Origin: Candidatus Poribacteria bacterium
GTDB lineage: Bacteria; Poribacteria; WGA-4E; WGA-3G
DNA: 64,000 bases
Reading direction: 5' to 3'
NCBI GenBank assembly: GCA_965215265.1
Contig: OZ244048.1
Coordinates: 2,496,001-2,560,000, forward strand
Shown here: positions 49,194 to 58,634 of the stretch, piece after piece
Numbering within the stretch: position 1 is the first letter of the stretch
Layout: every line of letters starts with the position of its first letter
The notes under the pieces: model-generated
Seen by the model: the letters and a program-made list of their open reading frames with translations, nothing else
The model's database searches: none
Told to the model about the DNA's origin: nothing
Position numbers and translations under genes: made by a program

Positions 49194-51158
49194 CTACAAA
49201 AACGGATTATCTGCATCGTAATAATATGATGGCTGTTCGAGTGACACTTGGCTGTCCTTAGTTAAACGGATGGGCGCGGCGAATTGCTCAATAACGTCTT
49301 TCTGTGCGAGCCATTCACACGCCATTTCAAACAGTAAGTTGCGCTGCCCGAAATGGTCATAAAGATCGGTTATCGTGCGCTCTTCTCTGGCAGTCTGCAG
49401 GAAATCGAGCAACGGTTTGAAAAGAGTGTGCACGTTGTCTGCTAAGTAGGCATCTACCTGCTCAAGCACGTGCTGGAGGGTGTCCTGATCTTTAGGTATG
49501 TGAAGCATCTGTGTAAAAACGGTGTTGAAGAACGCGGGGTTATGTTTGATGGCTTGATAGATAACCTTGCGTTTGGGTGTTTCGCCGTGCATCAGGCATT
49601 CAATAGCTGCCAATTGTCTAATAACAAAGATTAAGTATAAAAATGTATAGTTAAGATCGCGTTTGAGGTAAAACCATTTTTCCGCTTTGGCGAGTACGGC
49701 GGTGGCATCTGCTGCATTGTTGAGGAGCTGAGCGTGTTTATCGCGTTCACCAAGTTGGTTGTCCGTGATGTGCTGGAGCCAGTCTGCGAGTCCGGGTTCT
49801 TTGGAAAAGAGGATTTCACTTTGGGCAAGCATCGCATGGAGTGTGCTCCCTTGTAAGGTTTTTTCGAGCAGCTGCCGATATGCGCTGCGGGTGTGCAGTT
49901 TAACCCGAATAGGTACGTTTTCTTCGATTAATTGATGTTCTGCTTGCTTAAATTTAGTCCCGTCTCTCAGAATCAGTGTGATAAAGGGTGTTGTCTTTTC
50001 CCAGACGTTGTTTTCAGCGAGGTTACTGGTAAGAACCGCCGCGAGAACGTACCGGTCTTGCTTGAGCGTCTGGATAAGTCTGTCGAGTGCGTCGTGAATC
50101 TGCTGTTTTTTGTCTGCGTGGGCGATAATGTGATTTTTGGTTGAGATGTGTTGTGGGTATCTCGTCGGAGTCTCTTTGGGCGGTGAAGAGGCGGCTGCGT
50201 CTGTTTGGCCAGGGTCATCTTCGTGCTCATTATTCTCATCGTAATAGTAGGCGGGTTCCTCGACAGAGCCCTGGCTTTTGCGTGTAAGTTTCATGGGCAC
50301 GGCGACTTGCTGGATGCGCCCTTTCCACGCGAGCCATTGGCATACTAGAGACAACGATTCTTCATCAAAGTTTGCACGGAAATAAGCGTTCAATTCCGTA
50401 TTGGAGCGCGGTGTCTTCTGCTCAGTGAGATAATCGAGAATCGGTTTGAAGATGAACTGGCGTTCGTCAAGGTAGGCGTTAATTGCATCCAGTGCGTGTT
50501 GAATGACCGTCTCGTTTTTCTGACAGTTTATCAATTCAGTATAGACGTGATTGAAGAAGTCGGGGTTGTAGTGCAGCGCGGGTTGAATCACCTCACGTGC
50601 GGGTACTTCATCGTTTAGGAGTACCTCTATTCGTGCGAGGCCCTGTACTACATTCAGCAGCGTAAGGAAACAGGTAATTATATCGTTATTTACGTAAAAC
50701 TGTTTTTCGGCATAGATAAGATTTGGCAAGATGCTGGCGGCGACGTTAAGCAGTTGGACTTGTCTGTCACGTTCACCGATGTTATGGCGGTTGGCGTTTT
50801 TATCGTACCATTGCTTGATGGAGTCGTCCCGTGAGAAGAGGAGTGTGCTGTGGGAGAAATAGGAGTGGGTGATAGAGCCTTGTTGCGCACGTTCTATTGT
50901 CTTTTTGAAGTGGCTGCGCGGTGTCAAAGAGGCGTGAATGTTGATGCCGTTTTCCACCAGTATGTAGAAGGATTGGTTTGGGCGGATGTCGTCCCTACCG
51001 ATGAGCTCGACATCTAGGTCCGATTTCTGCCAGACTTGTGCGTATGAGAAACTGCCTGCGACGATCGCGGCAAGGATATAAGGATCTTGCTTAACCTTTT
51101 CAACGAGCGAATCGACGGCTTCGCGGTACTGTTGTTCAATCGCGTCTTGGGATTTCAT
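49194..51158 (-). CDS. Tandem-duplicated nucleotidyltransferase-like protein (intact plus degenerate copy)
   Basis: N-half AGS..(x9)..SDLD; C-half homologous but without GS/DxD; both halves end in V..E.P.YYYD. Confidence 0.75.
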   Translation of the reverse strand: MKSQDAIEQQYREAVDSLVEKVKQDPYILAAIVAGSFSYAQVWQKSDLDVELIGRDDIRPNQSFYILVENGINIHASLTPRSHFKKTIERAQQGSITHSYFSHSTLLFSRDDSIKQWYDKNANRHNIGERDRQVQLLNVAASILPNLIYAEKQFYVNNDIITCFLTLLNVVQGLARIEVLLNDEVPAREVIQPALHYNPDFFNHVYTELINCQKNETVIQHALDAINAYLDERQFIFKPILDYLTEQKTPRSNTELNAYFRANFDEESLSLVCQWLAWKGRIQQVAVPMKLTRKSQGSVEEPAYYYDENNEHEDDPGQTDAAASSPPKETPTRYPQHISTKNHIIAHADKKQQIHDALDRLIQTLKQDRYVLAAVLTSNLAENNVWEKTTPFITLILRDGTKFKQAEHQLIEENVPIRVKLHTRSAYRQLLEKTLQGSTLHAMLAQSEILFSKEPGLADWLQHITDNQLGERDKHAQLLNNAADATAVLAKAEKWFYLKRDLNYTFLYLIFVIRQLAAIECLMHGETPKRKVIYQAIKHNPAFFNTVFTQMLHIPKDQDTLQHVLEQVDAYLADNVHTLFKPLLDFLQTAREERTITDLYDHFGQRNLLFEMACEWLAQKDVIEQFAAPIRLTKDSQVSLEQPSYYYDADNPFL

Positions 51159-51409
51159 CAGGATTTCTCCGATTGCGGGTGCATTTATAATCTTAATTAT
51201 ACCCTTTATATGTTAAGAATGCAAGGAAAAAAAATAGCAAACGTTGATTTTTTTTTGCATCTGCGTGCCTCCAATTCGTATTTTTTTACCCAAAAATGTG
51301 GCGAAATTCTGATTTTTCGTCAAAGAAGTCTGTTTTTATCTAGCGTGCCCGATTTTGTTGCAAATTCACTGAGATTGAAAAACGGAGTTGACTGGTTTCA
51401 AACGCTGAC

Positions 51410-51562
51410 GGCACCGTGCTGCTCTGGGACCTCTGCCCCTAGCCCGATGCCCTCGGCACCGCAGCCCGCTTTTTTGCGTTATAGTTTTACCCTCTGCTTG
51501 TGGGCGTTAGCCGGGTTCGTCTTTCACAGAGGCTAGGCGCTGCCACCCAACAAAAGCCAAAA
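51410..51562 (+). repeat. ~150-bp direct repeat copy 1 (WD40 gene 3' end plus downstream region)
   Basis: Near-identical to 53317-53468; begins GGCACCGTGCTGCTCTGGGAC = GTVLLWD. Confidence 0.93.
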
Positions 51563-51704
51563 ACTCATTTACCCCTATTTTTTTTGAAGGTTTGTGGTGA
51601 AAGGTTTTTGTTTAGAGCAGTGTGAGAAAAGCAGTGGGTTAGAGATACCCGAAATGGGTAAATCCAACATCTCTGATAACCCGTTTTCAAGACATCTTCA
51701 AGGC

Positions 51705-51744
51705 TTCTGGTATCTCCGTCCCTAGCCCGATGCCACCGGCACCG
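51705..51744 (+). repeat. Partial third copy of the WD40-end repeat
   Basis: TTCTGGTATCTCCGTCCCTAGCCCGATGCCACCGGCACCG. Confidence 0.7.
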
Positions 51745-51805
51745 AAGACAGCAGCCCTCTGTTTGCAGGGAGACATGAGGTTACCATCAAAAATCTAAAA
51801 AAAGA

Positions 51806-51834
51806 GTGACTTTTTTCAAAATCTGTGGTATACT
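51806..51834 (+). promoter_or_regulatory. Promoter of the collapsed WD40 gene (also antisense to the Rpn gene)
   Basis: GTGACT-17 bp-TATACT with extended -10 TG. Confidence 0.55.
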
Positions 51835-51895
51835 TCTTCAGTGAGCCAAGTGGCAAACTCCAAAAATGCAGCTTGCGGCAGGCAGGTAAAAAACG

Positions 51896-51973
51896 ATGAA
51901 AAAGAATTTCACTACCATTCGGCTCTGGGATGTCAACACAGGCGAACCCCTCAAAACTCTCATGTCTCTCTAA
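51896..51973 (+). pseudogene. Collapsed WD40 gene, 5' remnant
   Basis: MKKNFTTIRLWDVNTGEPLKTLMSL*; TIRLWDVNTG..LKTL is a canonical WD40 segment. Confidence 0.75.
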
Positions 51974-53079
51974 GTGTGCAGCGCTTGCAGGAACGCTTCA
52001 AAACTGGGTGTCTCAACGGCGATGAGATGTAGCTGCTTGAGCCGCGCCAGGTCTGGTATGGCTTCAAGGTGCGGTTGAGTCGTCTGCACGTCGCTCTGCG
52101 GGAACCGTGCGGTGAGCACCGCGATGACGTTTTCTATCGCCGTCCGGCGTGCGCCTTGTTCAATGCCTTGTTCAATGCCTTGTTCAATGCCTTGTTTGAG
52201 TCCTTGTTGCACGAGGACTTCTGCCATGGTTTCTGCCATCTGTTTTACCTCCATCTTATCTTCTGCGAGTTGTTCCACTAATGCGACTAAGCCACTTTGT
52301 TCTGATAGCGGCCGACGATGCAAGATGAGTAGCAAGAAATAGACTATCGCCTCACGCCGCTGTTCGGCACCAACCGTATCAAACTCATCAAGGTGCGCTA
52401 TCGCCGTGCGTAACGCATCGCGTATCTCCGCCTCGTCTGCTCTCTCTTTTTGCAGCACCGTCAAAAGCCACCCGAACGGATGATGCGTTTGAGTGAGCGT
52501 GGCGACATCGGTTTGCTTCACGCTCAGAAACAACGTCTCAAAAGCCGGAACGAACCGGGCGAGTTCAGCAGGGATGTCCATCAGCGCCTCAAGTGTCAGC
52601 GGGGTTTTCCACTGCTGCTCGCCGGTATAAAACACAACCGGCAGTATCGGGGGCAACCGTCGTGCCTGTTTGGGCACCTTGTCGTGTTCCCATTGCCTGC
52701 GATGTGCGTCCCAAATCAGCATCATATAAAACAGCACCCGAAACCCCATCGTCGCATCCACCGTCGATTGATGTTCGACGAGCAGATAGATAAGCAGCGC
52801 CTCCGTGGCTGTCTCGGTTCTAAACGGGACGCGAAACACGCTATCCGCTTCCTGCTCCCGCAGCACTTCTGGCAGCAGGCTTCTCGGGAGTGGAACGAGT
52901 TGGCTAAAATCTATGCGTTCTGCGATGTCAGCGGCGACGATTTCTAGCACACCCCGGACGTTTTCGCCGTTTTGTAGCAAGCGCCGCACACTTCTGTCGG
53001 CGAAGTGTTCAACGCGTCCATCAAGCAGCGCGCGGATATGCTGCATCTGCGTGTCCACGTCTTTGGTTTCTTGCGTCAT
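51970..53079 (-). CDS. Rpn family recombination-promoting nuclease/putative transposase (YhgA-like)
   Basis: D...R.LL, EADSVF, YLLVEHQS, LPPILPVVFYTG; GIEQ repeats before the C-terminal domain. Confidence 0.9.
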   Translation of the reverse strand: MTQETKDVDTQMQHIRALLDGRVEHFADRSVRRLLQNGENVRGVLEIVAADIAERIDFSQLVPLPRSLLPEVLREQEADSVFRVPFRTETATEALLIYLLVEHQSTVDATMGFRVLFYMMLIWDAHRRQWEHDKVPKQARRLPPILPVVFYTGEQQWKTPLTLEALMDIPAELARFVPAFETLFLSVKQTDVATLTQTHHPFGWLLTVLQKERADEAEIRDALRTAIAHLDEFDTVGAEQRREAIVYFLLLILHRRPLSEQSGLVALVEQLAEDKMEVKQMAETMAEVLVQQGLKQGIEQGIEQGIEQGARRTAIENVIAVLTARFPQSDVQTTQPHLEAIPDLARLKQLHLIAVETPSFEAFLQALHT

Positions 53080-53215
53080 TTATCTCCTCTATGCCGGGTG
53101 CCTGCCATTCGGGCAGCCCGCCGGTGAAAAGCGGTGAAGATTTTACTCAAATTATACCACTTTTGGCAGTAAAGATGCCACCCTTTTTTTTAGGCGGATT
53201 TCGTTTTTCGCTTCT

Positions 53216-53349
53216 GGCACCGGAGAATCGCTTAAGCGGCTCACTGCGTATAAGTATAATGTCCATAACTTGTGTTCAGCACAGATGGCAGCACGCTCGC
53301 GAGTGGAAGTTCGGATGGCACCGTGCTGCTCTGGGACCGCCGCCCCTAG
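53216..53349 (+). pseudogene. WD40 gene 3' remnant with a frameshift
   Basis: GTGESLKRLTAYKYNVHN(L), 1-nt shift, VFSTDGSTLASGSSDGTVLLWDRRP*. Confidence 0.85.
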
Positions 53350-53468
53350 CCCGAGGCCCTCGGCACCGCAGCCCGCTTTTTTGCGTTATAGTTTTACCCT
53401 TGCTTCCGGGCGTTAGCGGGGTGCGTCTTTCACAGAGGCTAGGCGCTGCCACCTAACAACAGACAAAA
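53317..53468 (+). repeat. ~150-bp direct repeat copy 2
   Basis: Matches 51410-51562. Confidence 0.93.
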
Positions 53469-53474
53469 AAAACA

Positions 53475-53504
53475 TTGACATTCTCCCCTCATTTGTGCTA
53501 CAAT
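53475..53504 (+). promoter_or_regulatory. Sigma70 promoter of the Rpn2-DUF1156 unit
   Basis: TTGACA-18 bp-TACAAT with extended -10 TG. Confidence 0.7.
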
Positions 53505-53551
53505 GATATAGAAAGACGACGCAACCAAAGGCGAGGCACCCTCACAACATC

Positions 53552-54490
53552 ATGGCAGAACCCGATATCACCTCTAAATATATGGCACGCGAACATCTCA
53601 ACGCACTCCTAAAGTTGTTCGGCATTCCGAACGCGGTTGTATTGGAGCATGTGGACAGCGTGCAAGCGAGAGTCAAAGAATATCAAGGCGACAGCAGCGC
53701 GAAAGTGAAAATAGATGGCAAAGAGATAATACTTCATATAGAAGTCCAAACCACAGATAGCCGTCAACCGATGTGGGCGCGGGTGGCGAACTACTGTGGA
53801 CACCTGATGCTGGTGCACCAGCTGCCCGTTTACTGTGTCGTGTTATACCTGCGTCCGAATGCCGGGCGGCGCGACAGGGGCACCTTTGGATATGACGCGA
53901 CAGATTTCAAATATCTGCTGCAATATAAAGTGGTTCGTCTGGCAGAAGTGGACGGTGCATCGATATTAGCATCGGGTGAGCCGGGTTTGCTGCCGTATAC
54001 GCCGTTGATGAAAGCGCCCGTGGATATGGCGGGTGATGCGTGGTTACGGCGGTGTGCCGAGAAGGCAGAGGCGACATTAGAGAACAATCCTGAGCGTGCG
54101 AATCTTCTGACAGCCTTTGCGGTTTTCGCCGAGCTGCTGCATAGCAAGAGCACGATAGCATCCCTAATTACGGAGGTCATCATGCAAGAGTCAACACTCT
54201 TACAACCTTACTTCGAAAAAGAACGTGAGGCAGGACGAAAACAAGGTTTAGAACAAGGTATAGAACGAGGCATGGAACGAGGCATAGAACGAGGCATAGA
54301 ACAAGGTGCGAAAGAGAGCACCATCAAAAATACATTGGCGGTGCTGAGCGCTAAGTTTTCACCGGATACTGTCAAGGCGTTAGCACCGGCGTTGCAACGC
54401 ATTACCGATTTACAACGCCTTGAGCTGCTGCTGCTCGCCGCCGTTCAGGCGGAGAGTCTTGATAGTTTCGCACGAAGCCTAAACCGATAG
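53552..54490 (+). CDS. Rpn-like PD-(D/E)xK nuclease family protein
   Basis: DITSK, GDS, LHIEVQT, PMWAR..Y, PVYCVVLYL; GIER repeats and a C-terminal domain homologous to Rpn1. Confidence 0.85.
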   Translation: MAEPDITSKYMAREHLNALLKLFGIPNAVVLEHVDSVQARVKEYQGDSSAKVKIDGKEIILHIEVQTTDSRQPMWARVANYCGHLMLVHQLPVYCVVLYLRPNAGRRDRGTFGYDATDFKYLLQYKVVRLAEVDGASILASGEPGLLPYTPLMKAPVDMAGDAWLRRCAEKAEATLENNPERANLLTAFAVFAELLHSKSTIASLITEVIMQESTLLQPYFEKEREAGRKQGLEQGIERGMERGIERGIEQGAKESTIKNTLAVLSAKFSPDTVKALAPALQRITDLQRLELLLLAAVQAESLDSFARSLNR

Positions 54491-54529
54491 GAACGCTAGC
54501 CTTGTCGGGAGAGGGACTAAGGCATCATT

Positions 54530-57304
54530 ATGCCCGTTTATCGCAAAAAACTGATTGAGGTGAATATCCCGCTGCCAGCCATCAACGCGGAATCGGCAAA
54601 GGATGCCTCGCTGACACATGGACACCCTTCAACGCTGCACCGCTATTGGGCGCGCCGCCCACTCGCCGCTTGTCGCGCCGTCATCTTCGCCTGCCTTGTA
54701 GATGATCCGGGCGACTGCCCCGCCGAGTTCCCAACCGAAGCGGCGCAGAATGCTGAACGCGACAGGCTCCACTGCCTGCTTAGCCGGCTTGTGGTTTGGA
54801 AAAATAGCACCGATGACAACTTGTTAGCCGAGGCACGCTACGAGATTGCTTTGTCTGTGGCACGCAACAACGGCGAAGAGTTGACGGCTTTTCGGCAGCG
54901 GTTTGAGAAGGAACCGGGGGCGGTGCTAAACTATCTGCGAGAACACGGTCCTGCTGTCTACGATGCGTTCTGTGGCGGGGGCTCCATCCCCCTTGAAGCA
55001 CAACGATTGGGCGTGCATGCCCGCGGCTCGGATCTAAATCCACTCCCTGTGCTGCTCACGAAGGCGATGATTGAATTGCCCCCGAGATTTCATAACCATC
55101 CACCGCTCCATCTCAAAGCGGATTCAGCCAATAGCATCGTCACAGAGCAGAGTTGGCGTGGCACGGCGGGCTTGGCTGCCGACATCCGCCACTACGGCCA
55201 GTGGCTGCGCGAACAAGCCCACCAACGCATCGGGCACCTCTATCCGCCAGTGCGGTTGCGAGACGGCACGGCTGCCACCGTTGTGGCGTGGCTGTGGGCA
55301 CGCACGGTGCCGTGCAGCAACCCTGCCTGCGGGCTTCAGAAGCCGCTGATGAAAAGCTTTCAGTTGTCAAAGAGGCGTGGCAATGAATATTGGACAAAAC
55401 CTGTAGTGGACAGAGACACCAACACGCTATCGTGGGTGGTGCAACCCTCAAAGACGGGTGTGCCGATGCCGACAGTGAGGCGTACGGGCGCGCACTGCTG
55501 CGCGTGCGGCACGGCAGTTAAATTGGCTTATCTTCGCGAGCAAGCGAAACGCGGGAAGATGGGGGAGATGATGACGGCGATAGTGGCCGAGAGCCCACCC
55601 ACCCAACGCAAAAAGTTGTTCCTGTCGCCTACTGACGAACATCTTCAAGTGGCAATGGCTGCTATTCCAAAATGGCGGCCAAGGCAAGCCATAATGAATA
55701 CGCCAAAGGTTAGCAGTCTCGGTTACGGCATGACACATTGGCATGAACTCTTCACTGAGCGGCAACTCACTGCACTAACCACTTTCAGCGACCTGTTGCC
55801 AGAAGTCCGCCATCGTATCCTACAAGACGGCGCAGAGGAAAGCTACGCCGATGCGGTTTGCACCTATCTCGCACTCGCTATCGGGAGAACTGCTGAGAGC
55901 CATTGTAGTTTTGCATGGTGGCAAGATCCAGTAGTCCGAACGGTTTTTACGGTTCAAGCCATTCAGATGACGTGGGCTTTCGCGGAAGCCAATCCATTCT
56001 CAAATTCAACACAGAATTGGATGGCACAGGTGGAGTGGATTGCAAAAGTGATTGAGCATTTACCCGCCACCGCGAACAGCGGCACCGTGTATCAGGCAGA
56101 CGCTACCAACACACCGCATGCCAAAGAGAGACCTGTTATCGTCACAGATCCGCCCTACTACGACAACATTAACTACGCCGATTTGTCAGACTTTTTCTAC
56201 GTCTGGCTGCGCCCGTTGCTTCGCGACACTTATCCAGAGTTGTTCGGCGGGATGATGACACCGAAGAGTGAAGAGATTATTGCTGCACCCAGGTTTGAGG
56301 GGGCGCGAGAGCGGTTTGAAGAACTGCTCAGCAAAGTTTTGCTGCGGCTGCGGCAGGACTGCTCTGACAGGTTTCCTACCCTCATCTTCTACGCCTACAA
56401 ACAGCAGGCCGCGAAACGCGAGGATAACGCCTCCACCGGTTGGGAGACGATGCTCGCTGCACTCGTCAACGCAGGCTTTCAAATCGTGGCTACCTGGCCC
56501 ATACGCACGGAACAAACGAAAGGACTCAAGACACAGGTCAATGCGCTCGCCTCCTCTATTCTGCTGGTGTGCCGCCCACGCCCGGAAGATGCACCTCTCA
56601 TCATCCGTAACGCCTTCTTGAAAGAACTCAAAGCCGCAATGCCACCCGCGCTTGACAGGCTCACACGCACCGCAAACATCAGACCTGTTGATCTGGCGCA
56701 AGCCGCTATCGGCCCAGGGATGGCTGTCTACTCCCGCTATCGCCAGGTGACGCGAATCAGCGGAGAACTCATTTCTATACGCGAGGCGCTTCGGCACATC
56801 AATCACGAAATCGTGGCTTATCACGAAAAGGAGACGGGCGAACTGGATGCGGAGAGTCAGTTCTGTCTGACGTGGCTGCAGCAGCACGATTACACGGTAG
56901 GCACTTTCGGGGATGCCGATGGACTGTCAAAAGCGAAAGGCGTGGACATCGCCGCACTGCACGACAAGGTGCTGCTTGCGGAACGAGGTCAGGTTCGGTT
57001 GCTGCGAGGCGGAGAGTTGGCAGCGCGCGAGCACAGTGAAAGGATGACGGCGTGGGAGGGGTGTCAGCGGATGGTTTGGCATCTGTCGGGTATAGAGTTT
57101 AGCGGTGGGATTCAGGGGTGCGTTAGGGTAGGGCTTGGGATGCGAGAGAGCGAGTCAGCGGTGCGTTTAGCGCGCGTGTTGTATGCCCACTATGAGAGGT
57201 GCGGAGATGCGGAACGTGCGTCAGACTACAACCTGCTCGTGTCGGAGTGGCGAGATATAGAGCAGGAGATGGGCTTAGCGCAACGGAGGCAGACACTGTT
57301 CTAA
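54530..57304 (+). CDS. DUF1156 adenine-specific DNA methyltransferase with Zn ribbon
   Basis: KKLIEV, GHPSTLHRYWARRPLAACRA, DAFCGGGSIPLE, CSNPAC / CCAC, TDPPYYDNI.YADLSDFF, NALASS. Confidence 0.9.
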   Translation: MPVYRKKLIEVNIPLPAINAESAKDASLTHGHPSTLHRYWARRPLAACRAVIFACLVDDPGDCPAEFPTEAAQNAERDRLHCLLSRLVVWKNSTDDNLLAEARYEIALSVARNNGEELTAFRQRFEKEPGAVLNYLREHGPAVYDAFCGGGSIPLEAQRLGVHARGSDLNPLPVLLTKAMIELPPRFHNHPPLHLKADSANSIVTEQSWRGTAGLAADIRHYGQWLREQAHQRIGHLYPPVRLRDGTAATVVAWLWARTVPCSNPACGLQKPLMKSFQLSKRRGNEYWTKPVVDRDTNTLSWVVQPSKTGVPMPTVRRTGAHCCACGTAVKLAYLREQAKRGKMGEMMTAIVAESPPTQRKKLFLSPTDEHLQVAMAAIPKWRPRQAIMNTPKVSSLGYGMTHWHELFTERQLTALTTFSDLLPEVRHRILQDGAEESYADAVCTYLALAIGRTAESHCSFAWWQDPVVRTVFTVQAIQMTWAFAEANPFSNSTQNWMAQVEWIAKVIEHLPATANSGTVYQADATNTPHAKERPVIVTDPPYYDNINYADLSDFFYVWLRPLLRDTYPELFGGMMTPKSEEIIAAPRFEGARERFEELLSKVLLRLRQDCSDRFPTLIFYAYKQQAAKREDNASTGWETMLAALVNAGFQIVATWPIRTEQTKGLKTQVNALASSILLVCRPRPEDAPLIIRNAFLKELKAAMPPALDRLTRTANIRPVDLAQAAIGPGMAVYSRYRQVTRISGELISIREALRHINHEIVAYHEKETGELDAESQFCLTWLQQHDYTVGTFGDADGLSKAKGVDIAALHDKVLLAERGQVRLLRGGELAAREHSERMTAWEGCQRMVWHLSGIEFSGGIQGCVRVGLGMRESESAVRLARVLYAHYERCGDAERASDYNLLVSEWRDIEQEMGLAQRRQTLF

Positions 57305-57581
57305 GAGGGGGTTCACTCTGCGTGATACGCGCCTTTGTTATTGGATTGTTCTAAGAAGCTGCCAGTTTTCACGCATTTATTCCCATTTTTTGTGGTGAGT
57401 TAGAGCCACCTATTAGCCAACCAGGATGACAATGCTAACACCGGGTCCCTTCTTCTGCTGCGCATCCTAAAATTCTGCAAATCCTAATTCTGAATTCTGA
57501 TATCCAACACCACATATCTGCCACAAGAACCTCTTTCTCATAAGCCTGTTACAAAAAACGGGCGTAAGTGAAAAAAAACAG

Positions 57582-57610
57582 TTGACATCCGTTGAAAAAT
57601 AAGGTATAAT
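57582..57610 (+). promoter_or_regulatory. Consensus sigma70 promoter of argF-thrC
   Basis: TTGACA-17 bp-TATAAT. Confidence 0.8.
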
Positions 57611-57629
57611 TTCGTTTTCTTTAAAGAAG

Positions 57630-58577
57630 GTGAAAACGATGATGCATCTAATTACACTCAAAAATTGGACAGAAGCTGATATTCTTGAGACGGTTGCAGA
57701 CAGCCTTAACATCAAAAACTATCCTGAAAAATCTAGACACGCTGTAGTGGGCCGGAGTCTCGCGTTGCTTTTTCAGAAGACTTCGACTCGGACGCGTTGC
57801 GCAGGCGAAATCGGCATTACGGAACTAGGCGGGCACGCCTACTACCTCGACTGGCGCACGACAAATTTTGGGTTAGCGGACCTCGGTGACGAAATTCGCG
57901 TGCTGTCGGCGTATGTTGATGTGATTTTAGCCCGATTCTTGAAACACGCCGATATGGTCTCCGCGGCCGCCGCAGCAGATGTGCCAATGATTAACGGTTG
58001 TTGCGATAGGTATCACCCGACGCAGGCACTCGGAGATCTGATGACTATCCAAGAAACCTTCGGTAGACTTGAAGGTGTTAAGCTGTGCTTTATCGGGGTG
58101 CATAACAACGTTTGCAATTCACTGATTGCGGCCGGGATGAAGGTAGGGATTGAGGTCACGGTTGTTGCACCGGAAGTCAATCCAGCTGCTGTGGATAAAG
58201 AATTATGGGATGGAGCCGGCCGGAAGGGGCTTTTGAAACGGCTGTCAGCAGGCGAACTTACGAATGGTAACTTGGAAAAAATCGTTGCGCAAAGTGATAT
58301 TGTCTATACAGACACCTGGATTGACATGGAATTTTTCACAGATCCGGCATTCGCAGCAGAACGGAAACGGCGGACGGAACAGATGATGCCGTATCAGTTG
58401 AATGGTGCCCTGCTTAAGGGCCACGCGTGCAGGATTATGCACTGTTTACCGGCACATCGCGGTTATGAAATCGCCGGTGAGATGCTTGACGATGCTCGTG
58501 CAATTATCTTTGAGCAGTCTGAAAACCGTCTTCATAGTATGAAAGGAATTCTGCTCAAATTGCTGTTGGGTATTTAA
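57630..58577 (+). CDS. argF: Ornithine carbamoyltransferase
   Basis: STRT, HPTQ, HCLPAHRG, QSENR; the usual SMG loop reads DME. Start may be 57639 or 57642. Confidence 0.8.
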   Translation: MKTMMHLITLKNWTEADILETVADSLNIKNYPEKSRHAVVGRSLALLFQKTSTRTRCAGEIGITELGGHAYYLDWRTTNFGLADLGDEIRVLSAYVDVILARFLKHADMVSAAAAADVPMINGCCDRYHPTQALGDLMTIQETFGRLEGVKLCFIGVHNNVCNSLIAAGMKVGIEVTVVAPEVNPAAVDKELWDGAGRKGLLKRLSAGELTNGNLEKIVAQSDIVYTDTWIDMEFFTDPAFAAERKRRTEQMMPYQLNGALLKGHACRIMHCLPAHRGYEIAGEMLDDARAIIFEQSENRLHSMKGILLKLLLGI

Positions 58578-58634
58578 TGTAACGGTTGACATCGTTGAGC
58601 AGTCCCCTTTTTCTCTCTATTATCCCAAACGATT

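Noticed and set aside
51087-51536. 149-aa + ORF (and the 53091-53456 ORF)
   Set aside because: Spurious frames running through the WD40-end direct repeats.
51410-53468. Classical composite transposon or prophage att sites
   Set aside because: No DDE transposase, integrase, terminal inverted repeats or tRNA target; the repeats are WD40 gene ends.
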